Shown here piece by piece: positions 8,750-18,852 of a stretch of DNA of 64,000 nucleotides. The notes below the pieces were generated by a model. The model worked only from the letters and a program-made list of their open reading frames with translations. It did no database searches and was not told the DNA's origin. How positions within the stretch are numbered: the first letter of the stretch is position 1; the number at the start of each line of letters is the position of its first letter. The position numbers and the translations under genes were made by a program. Source of the stretch: Tagaea sp. (lineage in GTDB: Bacteria; Pseudomonadota; Alphaproteobacteria; CACIAM-22H2); NCBI GenBank assembly GCA_044356395.1, contig JBIKWI010000002.1, forward strand, positions 1,357 to 65,356. The letters run 5' to 3'.

Positions 8750-10107
8750 CCGGAAAGCCCCGCGACTTCGCCGCCCTGCGGCACCGAACACGTCCATCCG
8801 AGCCGTCGCTCGATTTCGGCGCGCAGGGCTTCGGCAGCCGGCGGCTCGCCGTGCGTGACGAAACAGTGTTTCGGCCTGGCTTCGAATTTCGAGAGCCAGG
8901 CGAGGATCTCCTCGCGGTCCGCGTGCGCCGACAGCATGCCCAGATTGAACACGTCCGCCGCGATCGGGACCTGCACGCCGTGGATCTTCACGCTCCGCGC
9001 ACCGGCAACCATCGCCGCCCCGCGCGTCCCTGCCGCCTGGAAGCCCGCGAACAGGATCGTGTTTGCGGCATCGGGGCCGAGCGACTTCAGGTGATGCAGA
9101 ACGCGTCCGCCAGTCGCCATCCCGCTCGCCGACAGAATGATGCGCGGCACGCGGCTTTGTCCGAGCCGTTTCGACTCCTCGACGCTGTCGACATAGCGCG
9201 CCGTCGCGGCCAGGCCGGCACATTGGCGCGCATCGAGGCGATGCGCGCCGAGATGGCTGGCGAATACCTTGCTTGCCGCACTCGCCATCGGACTGTCGAC
9301 GAACACCGGAAGATCGGGAATGCGGCCCGCCAGCTTCAGCCGGTGGATATGGAGCAGAAGCGTCTGCACGCGCCCGACCGCGAAGGTCGGGATCAGGATG
9401 CTGCCGCCGCGACCGGCCGTCCGCACCACGATGTCGGCGATCGCGTCCTCGGGGTCGGTCGTCTCGTGGATCCGGTCGCCATAGGTCGACTCCACGACGA
9501 CATAGTCGGCCCGCCGGACGGCCTGCGGATCAAGCATCGTGGGACTGTCGGGCCTGCCGAGATCGCCGGAGAACAGGATGGTCCGACCGTTGGCGGACAG
9601 TTCGACCGTCGCCGCCCCCAGGATGTGACCGGCCGGCCGGAACCGCACCGAGATGCCGGGGACGGCTTCGAATGTCCGCTCGAACGGCTGCGGCTCGAAG
9701 CCGTCGAGGCTCGAGACCGCTTCCGCCGCCGTATAGAGCGGCAATGCCGGATGGTGCTTCGAAAACCCGTGCCGGTTGGCGTACTCGGCCTCTTTTTCCT
9801 GCAGATAGCCGCTGTCGGGAAGCAGGATCGCACAGAGGTCGCGCGTGGGCGCCGTGCAGTGGATCGGGCCGCGGAACCCGTCGCGGACCAGCAGCGGCAG
9901 ATAGCCCGAATGGTCGAGATGCGCGTGCGTGAGCACGACCGCGTCGATCCGGGCCGGCTCGACCGGGAGCGGCGCGCGGTTGCGTAGCCGCAGCTCCTTC
10001 AGGCCCTGGAACAGCCCGCAGTCGACGAGAATGCGCCGGCCTGAAGCCTCCACCAGGCACTTGGACCCGGTGACGGTCCCTGCCCCGCCCAGAAACGTCA
10101 GCCGCAT
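8746..10107 (-). CDS. MBL-fold metallo-hydrolase, beta-CASP RNA-metabolising family
   Basis: HAHLDHSG motif, beta-CASP region and a C-terminal RNA-specificity-like domain; 453 aa. Confidence 0.75.
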   Translation of the reverse strand: MRLTFLGGAGTVTGSKCLVEASGRRILVDCGLFQGLKELRLRNRAPLPVEPARIDAVVLTHAHLDHSGYLPLLVRDGFRGPIHCTAPTRDLCAILLPDSGYLQEKEAEYANRHGFSKHHPALPLYTAAEAVSSLDGFEPQPFERTFEAVPGISVRFRPAGHILGAATVELSANGRTILFSGDLGRPDSPTMLDPQAVRRADYVVVESTYGDRIHETTDPEDAIADIVVRTAGRGGSILIPTFAVGRVQTLLLHIHRLKLAGRIPDLPVFVDSPMASAASKVFASHLGAHRLDARQCAGLAATARYVDSVEESKRLGQSRVPRIILSASGMATGGRVLHHLKSLGPDAANTILFAGFQAAGTRGAAMVAGARSVKIHGVQVPIAADVFNLGMLSAHADREEILAWLSKFEARPKHCFVTHGEPPAAEALRAEIERRLGWTCSVPQGGEVAGLSG

Positions 10108-10116
10108 CGCGCGGCC

Positions 10117-11139
10117 TCAGCGCTTCTCGTTCAGCATCGGGAAACCGCGCTGGTGCCAGACCGGGTAGGCCGGCGTGACGTCGCTGGCGGCGTCGAGCGC
10201 CGCGCGATGCTCCGCCGACAGGTTCCAGCCCACCGCACCGAGATTTTCGACAAGCTGCTTCTCGTCGCGCGCCCCGATGATCAGCGTCGAGACCGTCTTC
10301 TGCTGGAGCAGCCAGTTCAGTGCCACTTGCGGGATCGTCTTGCCCGCCGCCTTCGCGACGGCGTCGAGCGCGTCGACGATGCGGTAGAGGCGCTCCGGCT
10401 CGAACTTCGGTCCGGTCTCGGGAATCTGGGCGGCGCGCGTTCCCGCCGGTGCCGGCTGGCCGCGCCGGATCCGGCCGGTGAGCTTGCCCCACCCAAGCGG
10501 GCTCCACACGACCGCGCCGACACCCTGGTCCTGTCCGAGCGGCATCAACTCCCACTCATAGTCGCGGTTGAGCAGCGAATAGTAGGCCTGATGCGCGACG
10601 TATCGCGGATAGCCGTAACGGTCAGACACGCCGAGCGACTTCATCAGATGCCAGCCCGAGAAGTTCGAGCAGCCGATGTAGCGGATCTTGCCGGCCTTCA
10701 CGAAACCGTCGAGCGTGGCGAGCGTCTCTTCGACCGGCGTGTTGTAGTCCTGGCCATGAAGCTGGAAGAGGTCGATATGGTCGATCCCCATCCGCTTCAG
10801 TGCCTTGTCGACCGCCTCGGTCAGGTACTGTCGCGACGAGCCGTAGTCGTTGGGGCCCGTTCCCGTCGGGAACGTCGCCTTGGTCGAGATCAGCACGCGC
10901 TCGCGCTTGCCCTTGATCGCCTGCCCCAGGATCGTCTCCGCCAGTCCCGCCGAATAGCCGGACGCGCTGTCGAACATCGAGACGCCATGGTCGAGGCAGA
11001 TGTCGACGAGCCGCGATGCGCCGGCCGCATCGGTGGACCCCCACGCCTTGAAGAAGTCGTTGCCGCCGCCGAACGTGCCGGTCCCGAAGCTGAGAGCCGG
11101 CACGCGCAGGCCCGAGTTGCCAAGGCGACGATATTCCAT
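10117..11139 (-). CDS. aldo/keto reductase family oxidoreductase
   Basis: MEYRRLGNSGLRVPALSFGTGTFGG..., catalytic-tetrad context and IGCSNFSGWHL; 340 aa. Confidence 0.85.
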   Translation of the reverse strand: MEYRRLGNSGLRVPALSFGTGTFGGGNDFFKAWGSTDAAGASRLVDICLDHGVSMFDSASGYSAGLAETILGQAIKGKRERVLISTKATFPTGTGPNDYGSSRQYLTEAVDKALKRMGIDHIDLFQLHGQDYNTPVEETLATLDGFVKAGKIRYIGCSNFSGWHLMKSLGVSDRYGYPRYVAHQAYYSLLNRDYEWELMPLGQDQGVGAVVWSPLGWGKLTGRIRRGQPAPAGTRAAQIPETGPKFEPERLYRIVDALDAVAKAAGKTIPQVALNWLLQQKTVSTLIIGARDEKQLVENLGAVGWNLSAEHRAALDAASDVTPAYPVWHQRGFPMLNEKR

Positions 11140-11253
11140 GTGGACGATCTCCCTCTCGGCGTCGAGGAGGCCAGACGGCCGGCGTGCTTGTCAACTCCGC
11201 GTAAGCAGTGCGAGAGTCGCTTGCCTCGAACAACCCGCAGAACCGATGACACG

Positions 11254-11892
11254 ATGACAGATTTACTCTGGCGCTCGCTCGCGATCGGCATCGGCGCGAC
11301 GGCACTCATGGACGCCTGGGCGATCTTCCTTAACCGCGCGTTCGGAAACCCGCTACCGAACTGGGCGCTCGCCGGCCGCTGGTTCTGCCACATGACCGAT
11401 GGCAGACTGTTCCACGACGACATCGCGGCGGCGGTTCCATGGCCGAACGAACTCGCCGTCGGCTGGATCGCGCACTATGCGATCGGCATCCTCTATGCCG
11501 GCATCCTGCTCGTCGCGGCGGGACCGGAATGGGCAGCCGCACCAAGCTTCCTGCCGGCCTGGATCCTCGGGCTCGTCACCGTGGGAGCGGGCTGGTTCCT
11601 CATGCAGCCCGGTATGGGTGCGGGCTGGGCGGCTTCGAAGAAGCCGAACCCGATGCAGATCCGCTTCCTCAACATCGTCGCGCACACCGTGTTCGCGGCC
11701 GGACTCTACGGGACGGCACGGCTGATCGCCTTAACGACTGACGTTGCCGTGGACCCGGAAATCCGGCGCCCTCTTCCGGGATGCGCCCAATCGAAGAAAG
11801 CTCAATCCAATCCAAGAAATCTCGCTCGAGGTCCTTCGGGTTGGCTCTTGTCTTTTCAAATCATATCGTCATACCGTTGTGTGCTTGGCTAA
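11254..11892 (+). CDS. DUF2938-like small membrane protein
   Basis: MTDLLWRSLAIGIGATALMDAWAIFLNRAFGNPLPNW... is hydrophobic. Only this 3' part of the long ORF 10153-11892 is plausible; the rest is antisense to the aldo/keto reductase. Confidence 0.45.
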   Translation: MTDLLWRSLAIGIGATALMDAWAIFLNRAFGNPLPNWALAGRWFCHMTDGRLFHDDIAAAVPWPNELAVGWIAHYAIGILYAGILLVAAGPEWAAAPSFLPAWILGLVTVGAGWFLMQPGMGAGWAASKKPNPMQIRFLNIVAHTVFAAGLYGTARLIALTTDVAVDPEIRRPLPGCAQSKKAQSNPRNLARGPSGWLLSFQIISSYRCVLG

Positions 11893-11987
11893 AGAAGCGG
11901 CATCGAGCTAGCAGCGGTTTCCCTGCGCAACAAAAACGCTGGTGCGACGCACGTTCCTCCGCCTGTACCGGTACGCACTAACGGGAG

Positions 11988-12884
11988 ATGCCCACGATGT
12001 CCGACGCCCCGGGCCATAGCCAGCCCGTGCCATTCACCATCCGTCCGCTTTCGGACAAGTTCGCCGCCGAGATCACCGGACTGGATCTGCGCGACCCGCT
12101 CGACGCTGCCACGCGCCGGGCCGTTCTGGACGCATTGATCCGCTACAAGGCGATCTGTTTCCGCGACCAGTCCCTCAGCGGGGAGCAGCAGGTCGTGTTC
12201 ACCCAGCAATTCGGCCCGCTGGAACTCTTCACCATCGCCAACCGGAGCATCGACAACCCCCTGCCGCTGCTGAACATCGTCAGCAACCTCGGCAAGGACG
12301 GCAAGCCGACCGGCAACCTGGAGACCCGGCGCTGGCACACCGACAAATCCTTCCTCGCCACGCCCTGCTTCGCAACCATCCTGCATCCGGTCATCCTGCC
12401 GCCGGCCGGCGGCGAGACCTGCTTTGCCGACATGAGTGCGGCCTACGAGGCGATGTCGGCGAAAGAAAAGGCCGAACTCGAGAACGTCCGCGTCGTCCAC
12501 AGCCGCGAATACTCGATGCGGCGGGCCGGAAAAGTGCCCACGCCCCAGGAGATCGAAGACGCAGGCCCGCCGATGGCGCATCCGCTGGTCCGCGTGAATC
12601 CCTACTCGGGGCGCAAGGGGCTGTTCATGGGCGAGCACGCCTCGCACCTTGAAGGCCGGGAAGATGAAGGCCGGGCGCCCATCGATGCCCTCGAAGCCTA
12701 TGCGACCCAGGAGAAGTTCGTGTACCGCCATGCTTGGCGCAAGGGCGACGTGCTGGTGTGGGACAACGGCAGCCTGCTGCACCGAGGGAACGACAATTTC
12801 AATGTCGGCCTGCAGCCGCGCGTCCTGCATCGTACCTGCCTGAGCGGGCTGCTGCCGAAGCTGGAGGTTGCGGCGGCTTCCTGA
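11988..12884 (+). CDS. TauD/TfdA-family Fe(II)/2-oxoglutarate-dependent dioxygenase
   Basis: HTD facial triad (RRWHTDKSF), distal His (HPLVRVNP) and a C-terminal R (VLVWDNGSLLHRG); 298 aa. Confidence 0.8.
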   Translation: MPTMSDAPGHSQPVPFTIRPLSDKFAAEITGLDLRDPLDAATRRAVLDALIRYKAICFRDQSLSGEQQVVFTQQFGPLELFTIANRSIDNPLPLLNIVSNLGKDGKPTGNLETRRWHTDKSFLATPCFATILHPVILPPAGGETCFADMSAAYEAMSAKEKAELENVRVVHSREYSMRRAGKVPTPQEIEDAGPPMAHPLVRVNPYSGRKGLFMGEHASHLEGREDEGRAPIDALEAYATQEKFVYRHAWRKGDVLVWDNGSLLHRGNDNFNVGLQPRVLHRTCLSGLLPKLEVAAAS

Positions 12885-12987
12885 GCCGCGAATCCGGACA
12901 CCGTATCGCTCCGCCCCCACGTTGCCGCAACACGCCATGCGCCACCCGTCGACGACATTCCCGGCTGAATTTGAAGGAGAAACCCCC

Positions 12988-13956
12988 ATGAAGCGACTCG
13001 TCAAACTGACCCGGCGCAGCCTGCTGTCCGCCGCCGTGCTGCTGAGTATTGCGCCCATGGCGCACGCACAGTCCTTTCCGACCCGCGAGATCACCCTCGT
13101 CATTCCCTTCGGCATCGGCGGATCGACCGACATCATCGGGCGGCAGTTCGCCGGCGAGCTGGCGAAGGTGCTGGGCGCGAAGATCAACGTCGAGAACAAG
13201 CCCGGCGGGACGGGCACGATCGGCAGCACCCAGGTCATCCAGTCCAAGCCGGACGGCTACACGATCGGCTTCGTCGCGAACGACGCGCTGGTGTTGCAGC
13301 CACTGCTGAACCCCGCCCTCGTCTTCAAGACGCCCGACGACTACCAGCCGATCGTCAAGCTGGGCTACCGCTCCGACGTGCTTTACGTGCGCGCCGAAGC
13401 CCCGTGGAAGACCTATGCCGAGTTCTTCGCCGAAGCCAAGCAGAACCCCGGCAAGATGCGCGTGGCCATCCCCGGCGTCGGCACGCTGGGCGAACTCACG
13501 ATCCAGAAGCTGAACAAGGTGGCGGGCGTGCGCATGGTGACGGTTCCCTTCAGCGGGGGCGGCGCCGAAGCGACGCTGGCCGTGCTGGGCGGACGCGTCG
13601 AAGCCAGTGCCGGCTCGGTCTCGGTGGGCGCCGGCCAGGTTGCCGCGGGCAAGCTGCGCGCGCTCGCGGTGTTCCAGCGCGGCAAGCACGCCGTGTTTCC
13701 GGATGCGTCGTCGATCGACGACGCCCACGGCGACGTGTCGCTGCTGGCCGAGTTCTATGTCTTCGCCCCGAAGGGATTGCCCAAGGACGTGCTCGACAAG
13801 CTCGTCGCTGCCTCGATGCAGGTCGGCCGCAGCGAGGAGTGGGCGGCGTTCGCCCGGAAGCAGGATTTCACGCCCGACGTGAAGGGACCCGACGCGACGA
13901 AGGAAGACCTGCTGAAGCAGGGCAAGGACTTCGCCGAACGCCTCGCCAACAGATAG
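12988..13956 (+). CDS. tctC: tripartite tricarboxylate transporter substrate-binding protein TctC (Bug family)
   Basis: Signal peptide MKRLVKLTRRSLLSAAVLLSIAPMAHA, Bug-family core (PGGTGTIGS, GVGTLGEL); RBS GAAGGAGA upstream of ATG 12988. Confidence 0.85.
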   Translation: MKRLVKLTRRSLLSAAVLLSIAPMAHAQSFPTREITLVIPFGIGGSTDIIGRQFAGELAKVLGAKINVENKPGGTGTIGSTQVIQSKPDGYTIGFVANDALVLQPLLNPALVFKTPDDYQPIVKLGYRSDVLYVRAEAPWKTYAEFFAEAKQNPGKMRVAIPGVGTLGELTIQKLNKVAGVRMVTVPFSGGGAEATLAVLGGRVEASAGSVSVGAGQVAAGKLRALAVFQRGKHAVFPDASSIDDAHGDVSLLAEFYVFAPKGLPKDVLDKLVAASMQVGRSEEWAAFARKQDFTPDVKGPDATKEDLLKQGKDFAERLANR

Positions 13957-13974
13957 GCGGAACGCGCGCCCGCG

Positions 13975-14448
13975 ATGAACGTCACCCGCCTCCAGAAGCG
14001 CAAGGGCTACATCGCCATCGGCGCAGGCGGGCTCGTGCTTGCGGCCGGATATCTGGGTATGTCGGTGCAGCTCCCCTTCGGGGAACTGGCCCGGCCCGGG
14101 GCCAGCCTTTTCCCGATCATGGTCGGCGTCATCCTCGTGTTCGCAAGCCTGAGCACGCTGTGGGAGGGTTGGCGGACGCCGATGTCGGAACAGGTGGAGT
14201 TCCCTGTCCGCCACGACCGCCTGCGCCTGCTGGTGCTGGTGGGCGCGCTGTTCGTGTACATCCTGGCGCTGCCTTGGCTGGGACAGATCATCGCGAGTTC
14301 GCTGTTCCTGATCCTGCTCATGCGCGTTCTGTCCGACGTGGGCTGGCCGCGCGTGATCGTCTATTCGCTGATCATTTCCGGCACGCTCTACGCCGTGTTC
14401 GTGCGTCTGCTCAACGTCCCGATGCCGCGCGGCATCGTGGATCTCTGA
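13975..14448 (+). CDS. tctB: tripartite tricarboxylate transporter TctB (small 4-TM subunit)
   Basis: 157-aa hydrophobic protein between tctC and tctA. Confidence 0.75.
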   Translation: MNVTRLQKRKGYIAIGAGGLVLAAGYLGMSVQLPFGELARPGASLFPIMVGVILVFASLSTLWEGWRTPMSEQVEFPVRHDRLRLLVLVGALFVYILALPWLGQIIASSLFLILLMRVLSDVGWPRVIVYSLIISGTLYAVFVRLLNVPMPRGIVDL

Positions 14449-14464
14449 CGGAAGCGGACGCCCC

Positions 14465-15973
14465 ATGGATTCCCTCGACGGTCTCTGGTACGGGCTGAGC
14501 CTCGCCTTCACGTACCAGAACCTGCTCGCCGCATTTGCGGGCGCATTTGCCGGCACCGCGATCGGCGTGTTGCCGGGTTTCGGCCCGACCGCGGGCCTGG
14601 CACTGCTGCTGCCCTTCACCTTCTCGATGGGCCCGAGCACCGGGCTCATCATGATGTCGAGCATGCTCTATGGCGCGATGTACGGCGGCTCGACCACGGC
14701 CATCCTGATGAACATGCCGGGCGAAGCCGCTTCGGTGATGACCTGCATCGACGGCTACAAGCTCACCAAGAAGGGACGCGCCGGCGCCGTGCTGTTCATC
14801 GTCGCCGCCGGCTCTTTCATCGGCGGAACGATCTCCATCGTTGGCGTCATGCTGTTCGTGCCGACGCTCTCGCAGCTGGCCATCATCTTCGGCCCGGGCG
14901 AGTTCTTCGCGCTGACTGCGGGCGGCCTGCTGATGCTGTCGCGCATCTCGGCCGGAACGGTGGCGGCCGGACTGCTGCCGATGGCGATCGGCCTCCTGCT
15001 CAGCACCATCGGCCAGGAAGCGGTGTCGGGACAGTACCGCTTCACCTTCGGGCTCAACGACCTCAGCCAGGGGCTGGAACTGGCCGTGCTGGCGGTCGGC
15101 ATCTACGGTATCGCCGAGATCATGTTCGTCGTCGAATCGCTGGCCGGCCAGCCCAAGCCGATGCGGGTGCGGGTGCGCGAGATGCTGCCGACGCGCGAGG
15201 AGATACGACGCTCCTGGGCGCCGATGGGCCGCGGCACGATCGTCGGCTTCCTGTTCGGGCTGATCCCGGGGCCGGCCACCACGCTGTCCACCTTCACCGC
15301 GTACCGCCTCGAGAAGGCGGTTTCCAAGTACAAGGACGAGATCGGCGAAGGCGCGATCGAGGGGGTCGCCGCGCCCGAGACGGCCAACAATGCGGCGGCG
15401 ACCTCGCTGATGGTGCCCCTGCTCGGCCTCGGCATCCCGTTCAGCTCGGCGACGGCGCTGATGCTGGGCGCCATGATGGTGCACAATGTGCAGCCCGGTC
15501 CGCTGCTGATGACCAGCCACCCGGAGATCTTCTGGACCGTCATCGCGTCGATGTTCGTGGGCAACGTCATGCTGGTGGTGATCAACGTGCCCATGATCGG
15601 GGTCTGGGTCAGCATGCTGCGCATTCCCGCGTACATCCTGCTGCCGACGATCCTGATGATGGCCATCATCGGCTCCTATAGCCTGCGCAACAGCATGTTC
15701 GACGTGTCGCTGCTGCTGGTGCTCGGCATCCTGGGCTACGTGCTGCGCAAGCTGGAATTCCAGCTCGCACCGCTTGTGGTCGGCGTGGTGCTCGGACCGA
15801 TGATCGAAAAGCACTTCCGCGAAGGGCTCTACATGAGCCAAGGCGACCTTTCGGTGTTCTGGAGCAGTCCGATCGCGATCGGGATCTGGAGCCTGGTCCT
15901 CGCCGTCATCGCGCTCGGCGGCTTGACGCGCCTGTGGAAGCAGGTCTTCCCGCCGGGCGAGCGGGAAGCCTAG
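14465..15973 (+). CDS. tctA: tripartite tricarboxylate transporter permease TctA
   Basis: 502 aa; conserved TctA motifs (LPGFGPTAGLALLLP, MYGGSTTAILMNMPGEAASV, GVAAPETANNAAA). Confidence 0.85.
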   Translation: MDSLDGLWYGLSLAFTYQNLLAAFAGAFAGTAIGVLPGFGPTAGLALLLPFTFSMGPSTGLIMMSSMLYGAMYGGSTTAILMNMPGEAASVMTCIDGYKLTKKGRAGAVLFIVAAGSFIGGTISIVGVMLFVPTLSQLAIIFGPGEFFALTAGGLLMLSRISAGTVAAGLLPMAIGLLLSTIGQEAVSGQYRFTFGLNDLSQGLELAVLAVGIYGIAEIMFVVESLAGQPKPMRVRVREMLPTREEIRRSWAPMGRGTIVGFLFGLIPGPATTLSTFTAYRLEKAVSKYKDEIGEGAIEGVAAPETANNAAATSLMVPLLGLGIPFSSATALMLGAMMVHNVQPGPLLMTSHPEIFWTVIASMFVGNVMLVVINVPMIGVWVSMLRIPAYILLPTILMMAIIGSYSLRNSMFDVSLLLVLGILGYVLRKLEFQLAPLVVGVVLGPMIEKHFREGLYMSQGDLSVFWSSPIAIGIWSLVLAVIALGGLTRLWKQVFPPGEREA

Positions 15974-15993
15974 CGGCGAAACGTACGAAACGG

Positions 15994-16030
15994 TGGTCGG
16001 AGCGGAGGGATTCGAACTCTCGACATCCAG
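15994..16030 (-). repeat. 37-nt direct repeat of the tRNA-Pro(TGG) 3' end (36/37 identical to 19933-19969); candidate distal att site
   Basis: TGGTCGGAGCGGAGGGATTCGAACTCTCGACATCCAG here versus CGGTCGGAGCGGAGGGATTCGAACTCTCGACATCCAG in the intact tRNA. The sequences diverge immediately beyond 16030/19969. Confidence 0.7.
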
Positions 16031-16227
16031 AGACGAAATTCTCGGGTTCTCACTTTCGTCTTCATTGGCGTGCCGTAGTGGATGTAATGAGAACATTTGA
16101 ATGGAATCAAATAAACACGGCGGGAACGCTGACTGAAGCAAGAAGGCTGCAAGTAGCGGTTACGAACGGCCGAGAAAATCGAAGATACTGACCGCCACCG
16201 TTCAAAACGCGCCCAATCGTAACTTCT

Positions 16228-18852
16228 TCAGCAGTCTGCTACCGAATTTTTTATGGCACAAAGAACGGTCTTTTCCAGTTCATCGACTTTGTACGGCTTT
16301 CGGACAACATCGACGCCCTTCAGAGAATCGGGCAGCACATGGCGGACTTCGTATCCCGTGCACAGGACAAACGGGATGCCGCGCGCCTTCAAGGCTGCGG
16401 CAACGTCCCACGACATTTCGCCGTCCAGATTGATGTCCAACAAGGCCAAATCGAAGGTTTCAGACTCGATCAGCGCCAGCGCTTGGCGAATGCGCGACGC
16501 AGGACCGACCATCGTCCACCCGAAACTTTCGAAAACCAGCTCGAGCATGCCGACGACCAGGAACGAATCCTCTACCACCAGAACACGGAGGCTTTTGACC
16601 GGGCGCTCGGGCGCCGTCTGGCTGTTCGGGAATTCCAAGGTCGGCAACGCGGAGACCGGTTGCGAATTGGCCATCGAAGCAGGCGGCATCTTCACGCTGC
16701 AAACCACGCCCGTGGGAAGGAAGCGCAACGCCGCCTCCCCATTCGTTTCCAAAGCAAGGGCGCGCTCGATCAACGTCGAGCCGAAGCCGCAACGGGCCGG
16801 TTCGACGACCAATGGGCCGCCCGTTTCGGTCCAGGCGAGTTCAAGGCTGCCGGTCAGGCTCAGTGTCCAGCCTATCGCCACGCGACCGCCGGGGACCGAA
16901 AGAGAGCCGAACTTCGCGGCATTTGTTGCCAGTTCATGGATCGCCAGCGACAGCGCAAGCGCCGATTTCGACGTCAGAATGACATCGGGCCCAAGCAGCG
17001 TGAACGAGACTGGGTCGTTTAAATACGGATCCAGTTCTTCCCTCAAAAGGCTATTGATAGACACCCCCTCCCACCGGTTTTGGGAGAGCAGGCTATGGGC
17101 CTTTGCCATTGACTGGATACGCGCCGCCAGATCCTCGACGAAAGTTGAGAGGGATTCGGCGCTGACGCTCGTCTGGACGACAAGCGCCGCGATGTTTGCC
17201 AGCGTATTTTTCACGCGATGGTCGAGTTCAGCCATCATCAGTCGATCGCGGTTCGTGGCGATCTGCCGTTCGCGCGCGACCTCTGTGATGCGGCGAAGCA
17301 CGACGTCGAGCAGCGAGGTGCGCAAGTCGCGCGCCGCGTCGAAGTCCGGTTGCGACCATGGCATGGCCCTGCCACGTACCGTTTCCTTCCAGATCTCGAA
17401 CGACTTCCGGGGGGTAAGCGTCTCGTCGTCTGCGAGGCCTTTTTCTGGGACTTTTCTCGGCTCCCCTGCCCAAGCGGTCGTACTGACGAGTTCCGGGCGA
17501 AACCAGATGATGAAGTCCGAAGGGTCCGGGGAGACAGAGATCGCGAGCAACCCGCTGGCAACGTCGGCGAAGCTTTTCGCCTCCTCCCAGATTTCGCCGA
17601 GACGATCGCTGGCGAACACGTCTTCGCCGCCCCGCATCTCAGTATCCAGCCATGCCACGAGCCGACCGATCTGGCCTTTGTCCGGCGTTTTCCCCAGAAG
17701 CGCCACTTTCCCTTTGATGATGACCGCGACACCGCCCTGTCGAACCCCATCGGCCGAATGCTTACCGCCGTGGATGTAGTCGAGAAGATTCGGCGACTGC
17801 TCGGTAAGGCCCTGCGCGTAATCTTCGGCGCCGGCCAGGTTCAGCATCAGTCGCTGGAGGACCGTGCGGCTCGCCAGTCGTTCGGAGAATTGCTCCCGCT
17901 TTTCCATGGCCTCGACCTGGTAGGAAAACATCGAGCCGAACAACTCGCAGATCGCGCGCAGATGCCGCGGCAGACGGCGCGGCGCGTAGTGATGGCAGGC
18001 CACCAGTCCCCACAGCTCGCCGCCGCAGATAATCGAGATGGACATCGAGGCGTCGATTCCCATGTTACGCAGATACTGCCGGTGGATCGGGGACACATCG
18101 CGCAGGATCGCTTGGCTCATATCAAGCGGCTTGCCGGTACGCGGATCGTCGGTCGGCTCGAGGCGCGCTGGCTCGTAGTTGACTTGTGCGATCAGGCGCA
18201 GGCCATTTTCTATGTAGAGAGCACGCGCCTGCCGAGGGATGTCCGAAGCCGGATAGTGCAGGTCGAGAAACGACGCGAGGCCATCCCGCTTGCTTTCCGC
18301 AATGACCCAGCCTGAGCCGTCCTGCATGAATCGATAGACCAGTACCCGGTCGTAGCCGGTTAGATCGCGCACGCCTTCGGAGGCCAACTGGCACAGATGC
18401 GCGACCGAGGTGGCTTCTTCCTGGCCGACGACCAGCTCGTGCACGGCGGCGAGCGGGTCGGCGACGAACTGATCGACAATGTCGGCCTCCTCGAACTCGA
18501 GAACCAGCGCCCCATCTGTGCGGTGCATGCTTGCGTCGAGTGGACGATCGGACGCAACGCGCATCTGCGGGTCGAGCATGTGGCGCGGCTTCAGGAGCGG
18601 CAGTTTTGAACTCAGCGCGCGCAGACTGTTGATCTGCTTCGGATTGAAAATCGTCGAAACGGAGCGACCCAACAGCTCCTCAGGCGGCATGCCGAGCAGG
18701 CCGATCAAGTCGCCGGCAACCTGCAGGACTTCGAAAGTCGCGTCGTCCACCACCAGCATGGCGCCGTGCGGCACGATGGCGCCGGGGATATGGATCTGCT
18801 CCCGGTCGCAATTGGTCAGGTCGGCGGCCTCGTGCCTCTTGAAAGTCTTCAT
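16228..18852 (-). CDS. bphP: bacteriophytochrome BphP: PAS-GAF-PHY photosensory module, HWE/HisKA_2 histidine kinase and C-terminal receiver
   Basis: N-terminus MKTFKRHEAADLTNCDREQIHIPGAIVPHG with the biliverdin-binding Cys. HWE-kinase H-box (ELDHRVKNTLANIAALV) and receiver domain (VLVVEDSFLVV...LDINLDG). Start trimmed to ATG 18852 because the longer ORF overlaps bphO. Confidence 0.85.
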   Translation of the reverse strand: MKTFKRHEAADLTNCDREQIHIPGAIVPHGAMLVVDDATFEVLQVAGDLIGLLGMPPEELLGRSVSTIFNPKQINSLRALSSKLPLLKPRHMLDPQMRVASDRPLDASMHRTDGALVLEFEEADIVDQFVADPLAAVHELVVGQEEATSVAHLCQLASEGVRDLTGYDRVLVYRFMQDGSGWVIAESKRDGLASFLDLHYPASDIPRQARALYIENGLRLIAQVNYEPARLEPTDDPRTGKPLDMSQAILRDVSPIHRQYLRNMGIDASMSISIICGGELWGLVACHHYAPRRLPRHLRAICELFGSMFSYQVEAMEKREQFSERLASRTVLQRLMLNLAGAEDYAQGLTEQSPNLLDYIHGGKHSADGVRQGGVAVIIKGKVALLGKTPDKGQIGRLVAWLDTEMRGGEDVFASDRLGEIWEEAKSFADVASGLLAISVSPDPSDFIIWFRPELVSTTAWAGEPRKVPEKGLADDETLTPRKSFEIWKETVRGRAMPWSQPDFDAARDLRTSLLDVVLRRITEVARERQIATNRDRLMMAELDHRVKNTLANIAALVVQTSVSAESLSTFVEDLAARIQSMAKAHSLLSQNRWEGVSINSLLREELDPYLNDPVSFTLLGPDVILTSKSALALSLAIHELATNAAKFGSLSVPGGRVAIGWTLSLTGSLELAWTETGGPLVVEPARCGFGSTLIERALALETNGEAALRFLPTGVVCSVKMPPASMANSQPVSALPTLEFPNSQTAPERPVKSLRVLVVEDSFLVVGMLELVFESFGWTMVGPASRIRQALALIESETFDLALLDINLDGEMSWDVAAALKARGIPFVLCTGYEVRHVLPDSLKGVDVVRKPYKVDELEKTVLCAIKNSVADC

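Noticed and set aside
10153-11253. 5' part of the 579-aa ORF 10153-11892
   Set aside because: It is antisense to the aldo/keto reductase. Only the C-terminal DUF2938-like portion from ATG 11254 is plausible.
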